From Candidatus Pacearchaeota archaeon (GTDB taxonomy: Archaea; Nanobdellota; Nanobdellia; Pacearchaeales; UBA284), in the NCBI GenBank assembly GCA_026016245.1, contig CP061211.1:360001-392000 (forward strand): DNA of 32,000 nt, read 5' to 3'. Of this stretch, positions 31,215-32,000 are shown piece after piece. A program made the position numbers and the translations under genes. Below the pieces are notes generated by a model that had not been told where the DNA came from, ran no database searches, and saw only the letters and a program-made list of their open reading frames with translations. How positions within the stretch are numbered: the first letter of the stretch is position 1; each line of letters starts with the position of its first letter.

Positions 31215-31970
31215 TTATTCTTCTTCTTCTACTCTCGGTGCAAGAACAAAACTTAACTCTACTCCCTCCTTATTTACAAAATCAAATCTTGCAGGATAAT
31301 CGTTTGAGAAATTAACAATGACTTTATCTGAGAGTTTTGATGCTTTTGCAAATTTGGCAAGATAGTCTAGACTGTATTTTGCTTTTGAATTTTCTTTTGC
31401 TTGAATTTTTATCTCATCACTGTTAAATTCTGTCTTGGCTGAATTTAAGGTTCCTTTTGCCTCTATCAAAAAAAGATCTTCTGAAGCATTTAGAGAGCAA
31501 GAATCAGCGACTATTGAGGCATCATTTATTGATTCTGCGAAACTTTTTGCATCTAATTCTATCTTGGCTGAAAAATTAAGACTTGGAATCTGTTTTTCTT
31601 CTGCTTCTACATTTATAAGAGCAAGACTGAAAGCTCTTTTTGATTTTTCTCTGATTCTTAGCTTGATAGTATTATCTTTTCTCTCTATTATTAGACTTGA
31701 ACTAAATGCAACACGTCTTAATACTTGTTTAAAATCTTCCAGGTTTATACCAAGTTCTTCATCCTTATCTATTTCAAATTGTGAAAAAGCTTTAGCTGGA
31801 ATCTTCAGAGAGATTAGAGCTACATTAGCAGGATCTATTGCTGTTATTTCAAAACCATTTTTGTTTATTTTTGCTTTAACCTCTAAAACTAATTCACTAA
31901 GTAAAGAGATACTATCAGCAAGAAGCTTTGGATTGTCTAATTTGAGTAACATAAGTGAGTGAGAATTCAA
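31215..31970 (-). CDS. pcn: DNA polymerase sliding clamp PCNA
   Basis: About 250 aa. LLADSISLLSELVLEVKAKINKNGFEITAIDPANVALISLKIP..F..FEIDKDEELGINLEDFKQVLRRV parallels archaeal PCNA. Acidic C-terminus. The track start is a TTG. The ATG 18 nt downstream (about 31952, MLLKLDNPK...) fits the TATA spacing better. Confidence 0.9.
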   Translation of the reverse strand: MNSHSLMLLKLDNPKLLADSISLLSELVLEVKAKINKNGFEITAIDPANVALISLKIPAKAFSQFEIDKDEELGINLEDFKQVLRRVAFSSSLIIERKDNTIKLRIREKSKRAFSLALINVEAEEKQIPSLNFSAKIELDAKSFAESINDASIVADSCSLNASEDLFLIEAKGTLNSAKTEFNSDEIKIQAKENSKAKYSLDYLAKFAKASKLSDKVIVNFSNDYPARFDFVNKEGVELSFVLAPRVEEEE

Positions 31971-32000
31971 AAGTTTTTAAAGTTTGTTGTGCTTCTTATT

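Noticed and set aside
31435-31962. 175-aa + strand ORF antisense to pcna
   Set aside because: It lies fully within a confidently identified PCNA gene. The translation is serine/leucine-rich with no motif. This is a typical shadow ORF in AT-rich DNA.
1-32000. CRISPR arrays, cas genes, rRNA genes, box C/D or H/ACA sRNAs, replication-origin ORB repeats, and alternative genetic code
   Set aside because: No regularly spaced direct repeats were seen. Intergenic spacers are at most 134 nt, and none shows paired C (RUGAUGA) and D (CUGA) boxes. No orc1/cdc6 or ORB-like repeats are present. All conserved genes read through intact with the standard code, so recoding is not needed.

Overview
AT-rich, very gene-dense archaeal chromosome segment. 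Archaeal markers are eS19/eL39/eL31 ribosomal proteins, PCNA, Hjc, Mre11-Rad50, RNase J, Cbf5 and TrmY. Short proteins, tiny spacers and many stop/start overlaps suggest a reduced DPANN-type genome; that placement is inference only. Housekeeping content: a partial TrmB-like regulator, a B12-binding radical SAM enzyme, an MBL hydrolase, AsnRS, CysRS, class II LysRS, mre11-rad50, RNase J, tRNA-Phe(GAA), tRNA-Trp(CCA), and a small r-protein operon led by a stand-alone NFACT-R/DUF814 protein and a YhbY/CRM protein. Accessory content: a 5'-truncated IS5-like transposase joined by an ATGA overlap to a cytoplasmic trypsin-like protease, plus two loci of secreted and pilin-like proteins. The stand-out is a tightly coupled five-gene minus-strand operon (24499-31146) between hjc/tRNA-Trp and pcna. 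It encodes a protein with an archaeal class III (prepilin-type) signal peptide, a 607-aa and an 1143-aa extremely cysteine-rich secreted protein sharing a cysteine module, and two tandemly duplicated glycine-zipper membrane-anchored coiled-coil proteins. I recognise no characterised family for any of the five and propose a candidate novel cell-surface (attachment or appendage) system. A smaller paralogous module sits beside tRNA-Phe. TTTAAA-core TATA boxes lie about 25 nt upstream of start codons and of mature tRNA 5' ends, and two are shared by divergent gene pairs. This suggests leaderless mRNAs and possibly leaderless tRNAs. All calls rest on motif recognition by eye, with no database search. 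Hand-derived coordinates may be off by 1-2 nt.
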